Below are positions 1 to 9,284 of a stretch of 56,623 nucleotides of DNA, piece by piece. Where the stretch lies: contig CAZJFT010000002.1 of NCBI GenBank assembly GCA_964545585.1, forward strand, positions 1-56,623. Direction: 5' to 3'. The notes below the pieces were generated by a model. It ran no database searches. It was not told the DNA's origin and saw nothing but the letters and a program-made list of their open reading frames with translations. The stretch comes from an uncultured Methanosarcinales archaeon (GTDB lineage Archaea; Nanobdellota; Nanobdellia; Woesearchaeales; UBA9642). Each line of letters starts with the position of its first letter. The stretch's first letter is position 1. The position numbers were made by a program, and so were the translations under genes.

Positions 1-20
1 ACCCAATAAATACAATAGCA

Positions 21-1448
21 ATGACAGGTGCAGGAATAATTCTAATAACAAACATAGCAAAAGGACAAGAAAGACTAGAAGGACACATAACAGATCCGTT
101 ATCACAACAGGGACTAGCAAATAAAAAAATAACACTATACACGTGGCAAAACGAAGAAATAACAGACTCAATAAAAACATGGACAGACATAAACGGACAC
201 TATTTATTCGATAATATAACAGAGGTAGAAGATGAACAATCAACAAACAACAAAGCAATAATACAATACTACGGCAACAAAATATTCACAAACAACTTCA
301 ACGAAAAAACACTAAAGATATACAACGAAATAGGACAAGAAGTAAAGAACATAAAAACAAACAATCCAGAATTAGACATAAACCTAGAAGGACTAGCAAC
401 AGGAAAATACCTAACAGTAGTAGAAATGGACAAAAAACTATATCCAAACATGATAATAAACAATGCAGGAAAAATAATAGGATACAAAAAACTAGAAGAC
501 CACTTGATTGAAGAAAACAAAAGACTAAACAAAATAACAGAAGTCACAGGAACAATAAAAGTAGTAGATTCAACAAATACACATCACTCATATTTTATGA
601 ACATTGGAACGTGGTCTGGTTCAAGAACATTCAACCTAACACTACCACCAGTAATACAATTACAGACACCATTCATAGATCCAGAAGTACCATACCCCAT
701 AGACAACCTGATGGACTTATGGAAATACATGGCAAGAATACAAGGACCAGAACATTACGCACTACACGTAAAAACACGATGGCCAATGGGAATATTTACA
801 GATACAACAAACACGCCACAATCATGGAAACAATACATAAACAATGCAGTAAACACAATAAGAGACTCACTAGGAATAACACCAGACAGCATACTAACAA
901 TAAAAGACCAGTATACGGATCCATCCTCAGGACAAAACTTCAGCGCAGTAAACATATTCTATATGGACAGTACAGAATTCAAAAACCGTTGGGGATACAA
1001 CGCATTCTCAGCAGCATCATTTTACTTCGACGTGGCAACAGAATCATTAACAGGATACGAAATATATCTAAACACAGATAAGATAACAACTTCTATAGAC
1101 GCGCAAAAATACTTATTAAAAGAAATACAAAGATATATAACACAAACATCACATCCAATAAATAATCAAAACTACTTAGGATACACCAATCCAGTAACAG
1201 GACCCGGACCAAAAACAACATACAATGAAGATGAAAGAACACAAATAAGAATGATAAGAAACTTTACACCACACGTATGGCTAAACAGATTCTTCAACCC
1301 AGGACAAGTATACAAGCCAGAAGCGCCAAACGGATACGAAAGAAAAGGACACCTACTAGTACCAAAAGAACAAATAATAAACATAGACGACACAATGTAC
1401 AAGCAAATGACAAAACAATTGGAAGAAAAAGAATTAAGATTCAAATAA
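21..1448 (+). CDS. Secreted or surface protein of unknown function. It has a CarboxypepD_reg-like segment and a beta-sandwich segment resembling T9SS-CTD/FlgD-Ig domains. The frame is open back to position 3, so the true start may lie left of the window.
   Basis: 475-aa ORF. Motifs TDINGHYLFDNI and LKIYNEIGQEVKN..LATGKYLTVVEM. Third codon positions are almost all A or C. Confidence 0.6.
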   Translation: MTGAGIILITNIAKGQERLEGHITDPLSQQGLANKKITLYTWQNEEITDSIKTWTDINGHYLFDNITEVEDEQSTNNKAIIQYYGNKIFTNNFNEKTLKIYNEIGQEVKNIKTNNPELDINLEGLATGKYLTVVEMDKKLYPNMIINNAGKIIGYKKLEDHLIEENKRLNKITEVTGTIKVVDSTNTHHSYFMNIGTWSGSRTFNLTLPPVIQLQTPFIDPEVPYPIDNLMDLWKYMARIQGPEHYALHVKTRWPMGIFTDTTNTPQSWKQYINNAVNTIRDSLGITPDSILTIKDQYTDPSSGQNFSAVNIFYMDSTEFKNRWGYNAFSAASFYFDVATESLTGYEIYLNTDKITTSIDAQKYLLKEIQRYITQTSHPINNQNYLGYTNPVTGPGPKTTYNEDERTQIRMIRNFTPHVWLNRFFNPGQVYKPEAPNGYERKGHLLVPKEQIINIDDTMYKQMTKQLEEKELRFK

Positions 1449-1491
1449 CAAAAATCGTAGATTTTTGGAATTGAAAATTCTTAATTTTCAA
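1449..1491. repeat. 43-nt double-hairpin element, copy 1 (CAAAAATC-gta-GATTTTTG, gaa, TTGAAAATT-ctt-AATTTTCAA). Lies between the convergent ends of the A-rich ORF and dnaJ and is probably a bidirectional terminator.
   Basis: Two adjacent perfect inverted repeats read directly. The reverse complement matches 2638-2680 at about 37 of 43 positions. Confidence 0.75.
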
Positions 1492-1496
1492 ATAAT

Positions 1497-2585
1497 CTAT
1501 TTGAATAATTTCTCAAAGATGTTCTTTGGTTTCTTCTCGATGGAAGAAAACTCATGTATCAATTCTTCTTGTTTTTTAGAAAGCTTTTCTGGAATGTGTA
1601 CTTTGACGCGGACTAATTGATCGCCTGATCCCGGATGGTTGAGATGCTTCACGCCTTTCCCGCGTAATCGCAATATTGTCTCTGGCTGTGTACCTCGAGG
1701 AATCTTCAAGTCGACTTTTCCATCTAAAGTGGGTACTTCTATAGTATCTCCAAGTATTGCTTGCCCTATTGTTATTGGAACTTCTAATATTATGTCATCA
1801 TCTTCTCTTGCAAAGAATTCGTGTGATTCTACAGATATCACCACGTATAGATCTCCTGATTCCCCGTTCTTCACTGCTTCGCCTTCGCCTTTCAATCGCA
1901 ATTGCGCCCCAGTATCCACGCCTGCAGGTATTGCAACTTCTAATTTCTTCTTCTTGTGCAACACTCCCTCGCCGTCGCATTCTGAGCAGACGTTCTTTAT
2001 TATCTCTCCCCTGCCTGAGCATTTCTTGCATGTGACTGTTGATTGGAATATTCCGAATGGTGTCCTCTGTGTTACTTTCTTCACTCCTCGACCAGTGCAT
2101 TCATTGCATGTCTCGAAGTCGTCTCCTCCGCGGCCTTTGCATGAGGGGCATGTCTCTGGCTTCTCTAATTTTATCTCTTTCTTGACGCCTGTCGCTGCTT
2201 CATTGAGTGTTATCTCTATGTCATATCGCATGTCTCTCCCGCGGCCTCGCCTTGTCCTTCCGGATTGTCCTCCGCCGAAGAACATCTCGAACAGGTCTCC
2301 AAAATCCATATCTTCAAAATCGAATCCTGAGAAGTCCCTTGAGAAGTTCTGATGGTACCTCCTCTCGAAGTCTGAACCGAATTGATCGTACTGTCTCCTT
2401 TTAGAATCATCTCCAAGGACTGATGCCGCCTCGTTTATCTCCTTGAATTTTTCCGCTGCATTAGAATCCTTATTCACGTCAGGATGATACTGCTTTGCTA
2501 ATCTCTTATAAGCTGACTTGATCTCTTCCTTAGAAGCATTCTTCTCCACACCTAATATTTTATAGTAGTCTTTGTTGTCAGCCAT
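1497..2585 (-). CDS. dnaJ: Chaperone DnaJ (Hsp40), type I
   Basis: J domain YYKILGV..HPD, G/F-rich linker, and four CxxCxGxG zinc-finger repeats ([32 protein letters not shown]). Confidence 0.97.
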   Translation of the reverse strand: MADNKDYYKILGVEKNASKEEIKSAYKRLAKQYHPDVNKDSNAAEKFKEINEAASVLGDDSKRRQYDQFGSDFERRYHQNFSRDFSGFDFEDMDFGDLFEMFFGGGQSGRTRRGRGRDMRYDIEITLNEAATGVKKEIKLEKPETCPSCKGRGGDDFETCNECTGRGVKKVTQRTPFGIFQSTVTCKKCSGRGEIIKNVCSECDGEGVLHKKKKLEVAIPAGVDTGAQLRLKGEGEAVKNGESGDLYVVISVESHEFFAREDDDIILEVPITIGQAILGDTIEVPTLDGKVDLKIPRGTQPETILRLRGKGVKHLNHPGSGDQLVRVKVHIPEKLSKKQEELIHEFSSIEKKPKNIFEKLFK

Positions 2586-2637
2586 ATGAATCCTGAATTA
2601 TATATCATATTAAAAATTTAATTAAAAAAAATTATTA

Positions 2638-2680
2638 TTGAAAATTATTAATTTTCAATTCCAAAAATTTTTAATTTTTG
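2638..2680. repeat. 43-nt double-hairpin element, copy 2 (TTGAAAATT-att-AATTTTCAA, ttc, CAAAAATT-ttt-AATTTTTG). Lies between the dnaK stop and the dnaJ promoter, inverted relative to copy 1.
   Basis: Read directly. Relative to copy 1 the second stem carries a compensatory C:G to T:A change. Confidence 0.75.
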
Positions 2681-4540
2681 TTATTTCTTTTTCTTCTTTG
2701 GAGCATCTTCTTTCTCTGTGTATTCTGCATCGACGACATTGTCATCCTTCGGAGCCTCAGTGTTTTCAGGTTGAGGATTCTCTGCCTGTGCTTTTGAGAC
2801 TTTCTCATATAGCTCGATGCTTAATTCCTGCACTTTCTTGTTTATGTGCTCCATCTTTGATTTTATCTCGGGCACATTTTTCTCTTCGAGCAATTTCTTC
2901 AAACCTTCAATCTCTGTCTTAACGCTTTCAATCTTTGAATGATCGACTTTACCTTTCATGTCCTCGAACAATCTCTCTGATGTATACACTAATGCATCTG
3001 CCTGATTGATGACTTCTATCTCTTCTTTCTTCTTCTTGTCCTCTTCTGCATGCACCTCTGCTTCCTTCTTCATCCGCTCTATCTCTTCATCCGAAAGTTT
3101 TTGTGAAGCAGTTATTCTTATCGATTGTTCCTTTCCTGTCCCCAGGTCTTTTGCAGCCACATGGACTATTCCATTAGCGTCTATATCGAATGATACTTCG
3201 ATCTGCGGTATCCCACGAGGTGCAGGAGGTATTCCAATCAAATCGAATCTTCCAAGGCTCTTATTGTCAAATGCCATAGGCCTCTCTCCCTGCAATACAT
3301 GGATTGTGACTGCATTCTGTCCGTCTGCTGCAGTGCTGAATATCTGAGATTTCTTAGTCGGGATTGTAGTATTCCTGTCTATGAGTTTCGTGAATACTCC
3401 TCCAAGAGTTTCAATACCAAGACTTAATGGTGTAACGTCAAGCAACAATACATCTTTGACTTCTCCTGCAAGGACTCCGCCTTGTATCGCTGCGCCTAAT
3501 GCGACGCATTCCATCGGATCGACTCCTCTCTCAACCTTCTTCCCTGTCACTTCCTCGACGAATTTCTGGACTATAGGCATCCTTGTCGGGCCGCCTACCA
3601 ATATTATCTTCTCTATGTCTTTCGCCGATATTTTTGCATCAGAAAGTGCCTGCTCGACTGGATGCTTGCACCTCTTTATTATCGGCTCAATTATCTGCTC
3701 AAGCTTTGCCCTTGTCAATTTCATGTTGAAATGTTTCGGTCCATCTTGATTTGCTGTGATGTATGGCAAGTTTATATCTGTGTCCATGACTGTTGATAAT
3801 TCTATCTTCGCCTTCTCTGCAGCCTCTATCAGTCTCTGCATCGCCACCTTATCTTTTGTCAGGTCTACTCCTTCTGTCTTCTTGAATTCCTTAACAAGAT
3901 GATCGACCAATGCATTGTCCATATCTGTTCCGCCTAATTGCGTGTCTCCGCTTGTAGACTTGACTTCGAATACTCCTTCCTCGAATTCCATTATCGTGAC
4001 ATCAAGCGTTCCACCACCTAAGTCGAAGACCAATACTTTATGTGCATGTGTCTTATCAAGTCCATATGATAATGCTGCGGCTGTCGGCTCATTTATTATC
4101 CTTACCACTTCAAGGCCCGCTATTGTCCCCGCATCTTTTGTTGCCTGTCTCTGATTGTCATCGAAATATGCAGGCACCGTTATGACTGCTTTTTCTACTT
4201 TCTCTCCTAAGAATGCTTCTGCATCCCTTTTTATCTTCTGCAATATGTATGCAGATATCTGTTGTGGAGTATGCTCTTTTCCAGATATCTTATACTTGTG
4301 GCTCGTTCCCATCTTCCTCTTCGCCGCAGTTATTGTCGCTTCTGGATTGCTCACTGCCTGCCTCCTTGCAGGTTCCCCGACGAGCAATTCTCCTTGCTTC
4401 GTGAATGCCACAACACTAGGGAATGCTTTCCCATACATCGTCATCCCCTCTGCTGAAGGGATTATCTTAGGTTTTCCACCTTCCAATACAGCTGCTGCGC
4501 TGTTTGATGTTCCTAAGTCAATACCAATAATTTTACTCAT
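2681..4540 (-). CDS. dnaK: Chaperone DnaK (Hsp70)
   Basis: [19 protein letters not shown], and full-length Hsp70 architecture (619 aa). GGAGGAAG RBS upstream. Confidence 0.98.
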   Translation of the reverse strand: MSKIIGIDLGTSNSAAAVLEGGKPKIIPSAEGMTMYGKAFPSVVAFTKQGELLVGEPARRQAVSNPEATITAAKRKMGTSHKYKISGKEHTPQQISAYILQKIKRDAEAFLGEKVEKAVITVPAYFDDNQRQATKDAGTIAGLEVVRIINEPTAAALSYGLDKTHAHKVLVFDLGGGTLDVTIMEFEEGVFEVKSTSGDTQLGGTDMDNALVDHLVKEFKKTEGVDLTKDKVAMQRLIEAAEKAKIELSTVMDTDINLPYITANQDGPKHFNMKLTRAKLEQIIEPIIKRCKHPVEQALSDAKISAKDIEKIILVGGPTRMPIVQKFVEEVTGKKVERGVDPMECVALGAAIQGGVLAGEVKDVLLLDVTPLSLGIETLGGVFTKLIDRNTTIPTKKSQIFSTAADGQNAVTIHVLQGERPMAFDNKSLGRFDLIGIPPAPRGIPQIEVSFDIDANGIVHVAAKDLGTGKEQSIRITASQKLSDEEIERMKKEAEVHAEEDKKKKEEIEVINQADALVYTSERLFEDMKGKVDHSKIESVKTEIEGLKKLLEEKNVPEIKSKMEHINKKVQELSIELYEKVSKAQAENPQPENTEAPKDDNVVDAEYTEKEDAPKKKKK

Positions 4541-4590
4541 TTTAATCTTCCTCCTAAATTCTAAGTGTTCTTTTAATTTATTTTTTTATT

Positions 4591-4962
4591 CTAACCAAAA
4601 TATGATGGCACGTCATGGCTTATTGCGTCCTGTTTCTTTGTCAGTTTCTGCAATTCCTGTTCTGCCTTCCTTATCGGCGCTGGCAGTTCTATATTGCCAT
4701 ATTCCAATTCGTATCGTGATATAGCATCGTTCAATACTTTCGCGAATTGCTTTATCTGGAATGGTTCTATCAATATCACGTTATGTTTCATGACGAACGT
4801 CTTGCTTCCATCCTGATTTCGCATGTCCACTCGCGGGCTTATGTTCTTGAAATCGAACGCGAATTGTGCAGGACCAAATGTTATGCTCATCTCATTCGCG
4901 AAGAATGAATCTCCATCGTTTATCGCAAAATTCAGTTTATTCATTGTTTCCTCTTCAGCCAT
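4591..4962 (-). CDS. DUF3467-like protein
   Basis: 123 aa. Pattern FANEMSITFGPAQFAFDF ... ILIEPFQIKQFAKVLNDAISRYELEYGNI matches my recollection of the DUF3467 family signature. Confidence 0.7.
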   Translation of the reverse strand: MAEEETMNKLNFAINDGDSFFANEMSITFGPAQFAFDFKNISPRVDMRNQDGSKTFVMKHNVILIEPFQIKQFAKVLNDAISRYELEYGNIELPAPIRKAEQELQKLTKKQDAISHDVPSYFG

Positions 4963-4974
4963 TTTTATCCTCCT

Positions 4975-5283
4975 TCATCCTCCCTGGGCTAATTTCCTTA
5001 GTTCTTCTACTCTTTCATGTGTCAGCACTTTCTTCGAGCCTGACTCTATATGTACTGCCTCTAAAAACTTTATCAGCTTGTTTATGTTGAAATTATCTCT
5101 TTCCTCTATGCTTCCTAACGCTTCATAAAGGTTGAAATCTGTAGTTGTTATGTTCACTTCCGTGCCTCTGCACATTATGAGTGTGTCTATCTGTTCTGAC
5201 TTGTTAAGGAAGTATTTGAGTATGGCCTCTGATGTAAGGTAGAATGTTTGTTTTGCATCAGTCATTTTTTTCCTCCTCGACAC
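4975..5283 (-). CDS. Hypothetical protein (102 aa) between grpE and the DUF3467 gene. An alternative start at Met7 (5265) reduces the overlap with grpE.
   Basis: ORF on the operon strand. No recognisable motif. Confidence 0.5.
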   Translation of the reverse strand: MSRRKKMTDAKQTFYLTSEAILKYFLNKSEQIDTLIMCRGTEVNITTTDFNLYEALGSIEERDNFNINKLIKFLEAVHIESGSKKVLTHERVEELRKLAQGG

Positions 5284-5824
5284 CTTCCTGTTTATGTCTT
5301 GTTATCATCACTTTTGAATGCCTTAACACCATCTCGTTCAGCATGTATCCTTTCTGGAATTCCTGCAATATAATATCCTCTTCTCCATCTGTCTCTTTCA
5401 CGAGCAACACTTCATGCTTGTATGGATCGAATCTTTTCTCTTTTGTGTCTATCATTCGCAGGCCTTGCTCTTTGAGTATGCCGAACAGCTGCGCATATAT
5501 CATCTCCAGTCCTTTCTTGAACTTGTTCATCTCTTCGCTTTCGCCATTACTGTTCTTTATCGCTAACTCAAAGCTATCAAGCACCGGGAGCAGATTTTTT
5601 ATCAATCCTGCATTCGCATTCTTTATCAGTTGTATGTTCTCTTTCTCCTGCCTTTTCTTGTAGTTCTCGAATTCTGCCTGCAATCTTTTTAATGTGTCTG
5701 TCAATTCATCAAATTGGGCTTGCGTTATGCATTGATTATTAGGTTCTTCAATAGTATCTATTTGCTGCTTTTCTTGTTCCTTAGACATTTCCTGTTTTTT
5801 TTTCATCAAAACACCCATGCTCAT
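5258..5824 (-). CDS. grpE: Nucleotide exchange factor GrpE
   Basis: LKRLQAEFENYKKR, LPVLDSFELA, and a C-terminal beta domain FDPYKHEV. The start may be one of the downstream Met codons. Confidence 0.93.
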   Translation of the reverse strand: MSMGVLMKKKQEMSKEQEKQQIDTIEEPNNQCITQAQFDELTDTLKRLQAEFENYKKRQEKENIQLIKNANAGLIKNLLPVLDSFELAIKNSNGESEEMNKFKKGLEMIYAQLFGILKEQGLRMIDTKEKRFDPYKHEVLLVKETDGEEDIILQEFQKGYMLNEMVLRHSKVMITRHKQEGVEEEKND

Positions 5825-6009
5825 AGTTGATTTAAGTTCAACAATTAAGGGATAACATCAACTAATATTTAAAGTTTATGAAAATTAAAATAATTATTTA
5901 CAATATAGAAAATAAATATATACATTATAAAAATAATAACATCAACATTGATTAAAAGAATAACAAAAAAAAAGAAAAATAAATTATCTATCTAGAATCG
6001 TGAAGTTTC

Positions 6010-6171
6010 TTAGAATCTCTTGTGTTTCTGATAGCATTCTCTGCAATAAACTGGCTTACCTTCTGTTGGCTTGAAAGGGACTTCTGTCTCTTTGCCACAA
6101 TCTGAGCAAGTTGCTTTATGCATTTCTCTTGGACCAAAGTTCCTAGGTCCTGACCTAAAATTTCTTTCCAT
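6010..6171 (-). CDS. Small CxxC-x17-CxxC zinc-ribbon protein (53 aa)
   Basis: CSDCGKETEVPFKPTEGKPVYCRECY. GGAGG lies 5 nt upstream of the internal ATG at 6171, so the 88-aa track ORF is trimmed to this start. Confidence 0.75.
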   Translation of the reverse strand: MERNFRSGPRNFGPREMHKATCSDCGKETEVPFKPTEGKPVYCRECYQKHKRF

Positions 6172-6310
6172 TTTTTCCTCCGCGAGGTTTACGAGAAGTA
6201 GATATCCGTTATATTCGATTTTGGTCTCGTATTCGTTATATATACTTGGGTTCGTAAAAACCCCTTCGTTAAGCACAAGAAAAGATAATCAGTATATAAA
6301 AGTGACGGTT

Positions 6311-7066
6311 TTACACCCACTGCTTCAATGCTTCTTCTTCGATGAAGTGGAGTTTGCCAGGGATTATCATGCAATGCAATGGCTTCCCGAAATCATGCTT
6401 GAGAAGGTCTTTTGCTTTGCCATACTTGATGTGAAAGTCTCCGCCTATCCTTGCACATCCTACGACCATTGTGTTCTCATCAAACACCCCATCTCCTCGT
6501 GCAGCATTTATCTCAAGAAGATATTGTATTCCTAGATTTACTGTCACGAATCTTTGCTCTACAGGACGCAGATCCAATAGAACCAAAGTATGCAATCCCA
6601 TCTCCTTGTTCAGTTTAAGCACGTCATAATATGTTTCAGGCTTGAACCCCTTCTCAGGGAATGGTATTGACGTGGTCTTCCCGAACTTATACAATTCAAG
6701 TCCTACAACACCTATTGCGTTCATTATTGACGCGTTATGTATGAATTCACATCGTATCCCTTGTGACTTTGCACGCAACATCATGTCAGTATGTGTTGTC
6801 GCTCCAAAAATATCCCCTATGACTAGGAATGCGACATCATCTTCTTTTGCATCTACTATTATATCGTTCGCTCTTCTCTCAACCATTGCCCTGTCTGCAA
6901 GAATTATCTTCTTGCCATAGAATTCTTCTAATGTAGACAACGACACGTGAAGTATTGAAGTATAACTCTCGATATAGACGTGCTTGCATCTCTTCACAGC
7001 CTCTAACCCTTTGACTGTGATATCCTTCTCGTCATTAAGTCCAATGCCAATAAAGTATAATGTCAT
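6311..7066 (-). CDS. dph5: Diphthine synthase
   Basis: MTLYFIGIGL..DITVKGLEAV..VYIESYTS, a tetrapyrrole-methylase fold typical of Dph5/DphB. Confidence 0.93.
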   Translation of the reverse strand: MTLYFIGIGLNDEKDITVKGLEAVKRCKHVYIESYTSILHVSLSTLEEFYGKKIILADRAMVERRANDIIVDAKEDDVAFLVIGDIFGATTHTDMMLRAKSQGIRCEFIHNASIMNAIGVVGLELYKFGKTTSIPFPEKGFKPETYYDVLKLNKEMGLHTLVLLDLRPVEQRFVTVNLGIQYLLEINAARGDGVFDENTMVVGCARIGGDFHIKYGKAKDLLKHDFGKPLHCMIIPGKLHFIEEEALKQWV

Positions 7067-7087
7067 TGTTAAAGGAATAAATGTTGG

Positions 7088-7095
7088 TTTATAAA
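7088..7095 (-). promoter_or_regulatory. TATA box TTTATAAA, 22 nt upstream of the dph5 ATG (leaderless)
   Basis: Exact palindromic octamer, with spacing identical to other genes in the window. Confidence 0.6.
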
Positions 7096-7119
7096 GTTAA
7101 TAGAAAAATATAGTAAGAA

Positions 7120-8007
7120 TCAGTTCTTCATCGTTCTCTGCAATATCAAGAGGTCTTCTGTGGTTAATTTCTTTCCTGTTTTTAATTTCTCTTTGACCTC
7201 TTCATCCTTATGTTTAAGGATTTCCTGGTTTGCCTTATCGACGTCTTCTTTCAATTGTACATTGTTCTCATGCAATGTCTTCCTCAACTCATCAATCTTT
7301 GCATTCCTCTTGTCGAGCTCTTCAGTTATGCCATGCATCTCTCCCTTTATTGCACCTATCTTCTCTTCAAATTCATTCTCTTTCTTCTTCAGCTCATCAA
7401 TCTCTTTGCTTGACTCTATCAATTCAACATGATGCTTCTGGCTCTCCTTTGCAGAGACTTGAACTATCTTTTTCGTCATGTCAAGTTGCGCCCTCAAATC
7501 TCTTATCTCCCTGAACTTGTCATCAAGCTTCCTGTTCAAGTCATTTATGGATTTTGAGCTTTCATACTGCTTCTTCATTTTCGAGAGCACTTTCATCAAT
7601 TCCTTCTCCTTCTCAAAACTCAAGCCCTCTGTCTCTATCTTGAACTCTAATGCTTTTATGTTGCGCTTTAGCATCATTGGATCGCTAACGCCAAGCTTTT
7701 CAAGCATCTTCTTCTTCTCGTCCTTCAGCTTAGTTATCTCTGCATCTAGAACATTGACCCTTGACTCCATCTCTTCCTTCGTCAATTTGGTGTTCTTTAC
7801 AACCCCAGTCAATGAATCACGCTTATGCTTGTTGTCCTGTGCATTCCTTATCCTAGAATAAATGTCAGAGCCTATCTTTCTTTTCTCCCTGAACAAGTCT
7901 TCCTTCTTCCTATCAAGAGCATTAAGTTTTACTCTCAAGTCCTTTACTTCAGACTTCAAAGAATTCATCTCATTCATCAAGTTCTTTATCTCTGATTCAC
8001 TCAACAT
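7120..8007 (-). CDS. Archaeal coiled-coil protein (COG1340-like)
   Basis: 295 aa, K/E-rich heptad-like sequence throughout. Sits next to the ribosomal stalk genes. Confidence 0.65.
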   Translation of the reverse strand: MLSESEIKNLMNEMNSLKSEVKDLRVKLNALDRKKEDLFREKRKIGSDIYSRIRNAQDNKHKRDSLTGVVKNTKLTKEEMESRVNVLDAEITKLKDEKKKMLEKLGVSDPMMLKRNIKALEFKIETEGLSFEKEKELMKVLSKMKKQYESSKSINDLNRKLDDKFREIRDLRAQLDMTKKIVQVSAKESQKHHVELIESSKEIDELKKKENEFEEKIGAIKGEMHGITEELDKRNAKIDELRKTLHENNVQLKEDVDKANQEILKHKDEEVKEKLKTGKKLTTEDLLILQRTMKN

Positions 8008-8051
8008 TCTTTAGCCTCTATACAAAAATATGTAAAAAAGTTTAAAAAAAT

Positions 8052-8360
8052 TTATCCGAACAAAGCGCTCAGGCCTGCTGCTGACTGCTCTTCAGCCTGC
8101 TTCTCTTCTTTCTTGTCTTCCTTCTTTGCTTCTGCCTTATGCTCTGCATGCGCTGCTGGTGCTGCTGCTACTGGTCCTGCCATGACTGCCGCATTCTTGA
8201 TTGCCTCGTCTATATTGACGCCTTCCAATGCTGCAACCAATGCCTTGACTCTTCCATCATCTGCCTTCACGCCTGCTGCCTCTAAGACTTTCTTCACTGA
8301 AGCCTCGTCTACCTTGTGGCCTGCCTTGTGCAATAACATTGCCGCATATACGTATTCCAT
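8052..8360 (-). CDS. rpl12: Ribosomal stalk protein P1 (aL12)
   Basis: [14 protein letters not shown]..., an Ala-rich hinge, and an acidic tail ending GLSALFG. Confidence 0.96.
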   Translation of the reverse strand: MEYVYAAMLLHKAGHKVDEASVKKVLEAAGVKADDGRVKALVAALEGVNIDEAIKNAAVMAGPVAAAPAAHAEHKAEAKKEDKKEEKQAEEQSAAGLSALFG

Positions 8361-8410
8361 TTTTACCCTCCTTAAAACATAATATTGTTTATTTCTTCTT
8401 TATATTTTTA

Positions 8411-9283
8411 TCACAAATTCGCAGCATCCTTAACGGATTCTGCTTGAGCGTTCGCCTTGGCGATTATCTGCTCGACAACCAAGTCTGCAAGTATGTCTCT
8501 CTCTATTGCTATGGCTTTTGCATCCCTGAATGATTTCTGCACGAGCAATTCTATAGTGTCCCTGCTTGGATATGCTATGTCCACTGCGAGGTTCATTGCT
8601 TCAGCTGCTGCAGTCCTCAATTTCTGCATGAACACATCCTCATCGATGTCTAGCACATCCTTCGACAGTATCTCTCCATTCTCATACACTGCAACCAAGT
8701 CCAGTCCAATCTCCATCGGCTCTATGCCTAGCCTCAATAATAATGATGCAAGCTGTGGCTTTATCACATCGCCCTTCTTTGCTACATGCGCATCTTCCTT
8801 TATAGCGACTTTCCCTGCCTCAATGCCTGCTTTTATCCTCAACATTCCAAGCTCTCCGATTATCGGTCCTGGAGCGAATGGCGTCGGGCCTGCAGGTATA
8901 GTTATATCCTTTGGCGTCACTTGACCAGGCTTTATTGCTGCTGGACTCTTTGACTTCTTTATTATCTTGAAAAGCTTGAACGGATTCTCCTTAGTGAGAA
9001 GCAATGCCGGCATCCCGCCAAGATACTCATTCATCTTGTCGATGTTAGGCTTGCCTGATTCCTTGAATGCTTCCTTGATAAGGTTCTTCTTCGCCATCCT
9101 TATCGTTGCATCCTTCCTTAATTTGCCTTTCATCACCTGCAATTGTTTTGCAGGGAGATTCTCTAAGTTAAGAAGTGCAACTATCGGATACTCATTCAAT
9201 AATTTCTTCAATTCATTGACTGTCTTAGTCTTTGATTCAGGAACATGTTTCGCTTTCCTTATGGTGGATTTGTGCTCCGTCAT
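8411..9283 (-). CDS. rplP0: Ribosomal protein uL10 (P0)
   Basis: 290 aa. N-terminal L10 domain followed by a P0 extension. Position is between uL1 and P1. Confidence 0.93.
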   Translation of the reverse strand: MTEHKSTIRKAKHVPESKTKTVNELKKLLNEYPIVALLNLENLPAKQLQVMKGKLRKDATIRMAKKNLIKEAFKESGKPNIDKMNEYLGGMPALLLTKENPFKLFKIIKKSKSPAAIKPGQVTPKDITIPAGPTPFAPGPIIGELGMLRIKAGIEAGKVAIKEDAHVAKKGDVIKPQLASLLLRLGIEPMEIGLDLVAVYENGEILSKDVLDIDEDVFMQKLRTAAAEAMNLAVDIAYPSRDTIELLVQKSFRDAKAIAIERDILADLVVEQIIAKANAQAESVKDAANL

Positions 9284-9284
9284 T

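Noticed and set aside
611-1081. 156-aa alternative-frame ORF and minus-strand ORFs within the left-edge gene
   Set aside because: They are artefacts of the T-poor composition, which leaves few stop codons. The main frame has the recognisable domain-like segments.
1639-2352. 237-aa plus-strand ORF, with several shorter ones, inside dnaJ
   Set aside because: It is antisense to a gene with unambiguous DnaJ motifs. The product is low-complexity and Ser/Pro-rich, and there is no RBS or promoter.
1449-2680. Whether the 9-bp inverted repeats around dnaJ are CIRCE (HrcA operator) elements
   Set aside because: The sequence (TTGAAAATT-N3-AATTTTCAA) does not match the CIRCE consensus TTAGCACTC-N9-GAGTGCTAA, and no hrcA gene is present. 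It is reported as an uncharacterised element instead.
3006-4724. Several plus-strand ORFs (113-189 aa) across dnaK and the DUF3467 gene
   Set aside because: These are shadow ORFs opposite a full-length Hsp70. Their composition is typical of antisense frames.
5852-5946. 11-nt direct repeat ATAACATCAAC (5852-5862 and 5936-5946) in the grpE upstream region as a heat-shock operator
   Set aside because: A short repeat in very AT-rich DNA with no dyad symmetry or third copy is too weak to call without comparative data.
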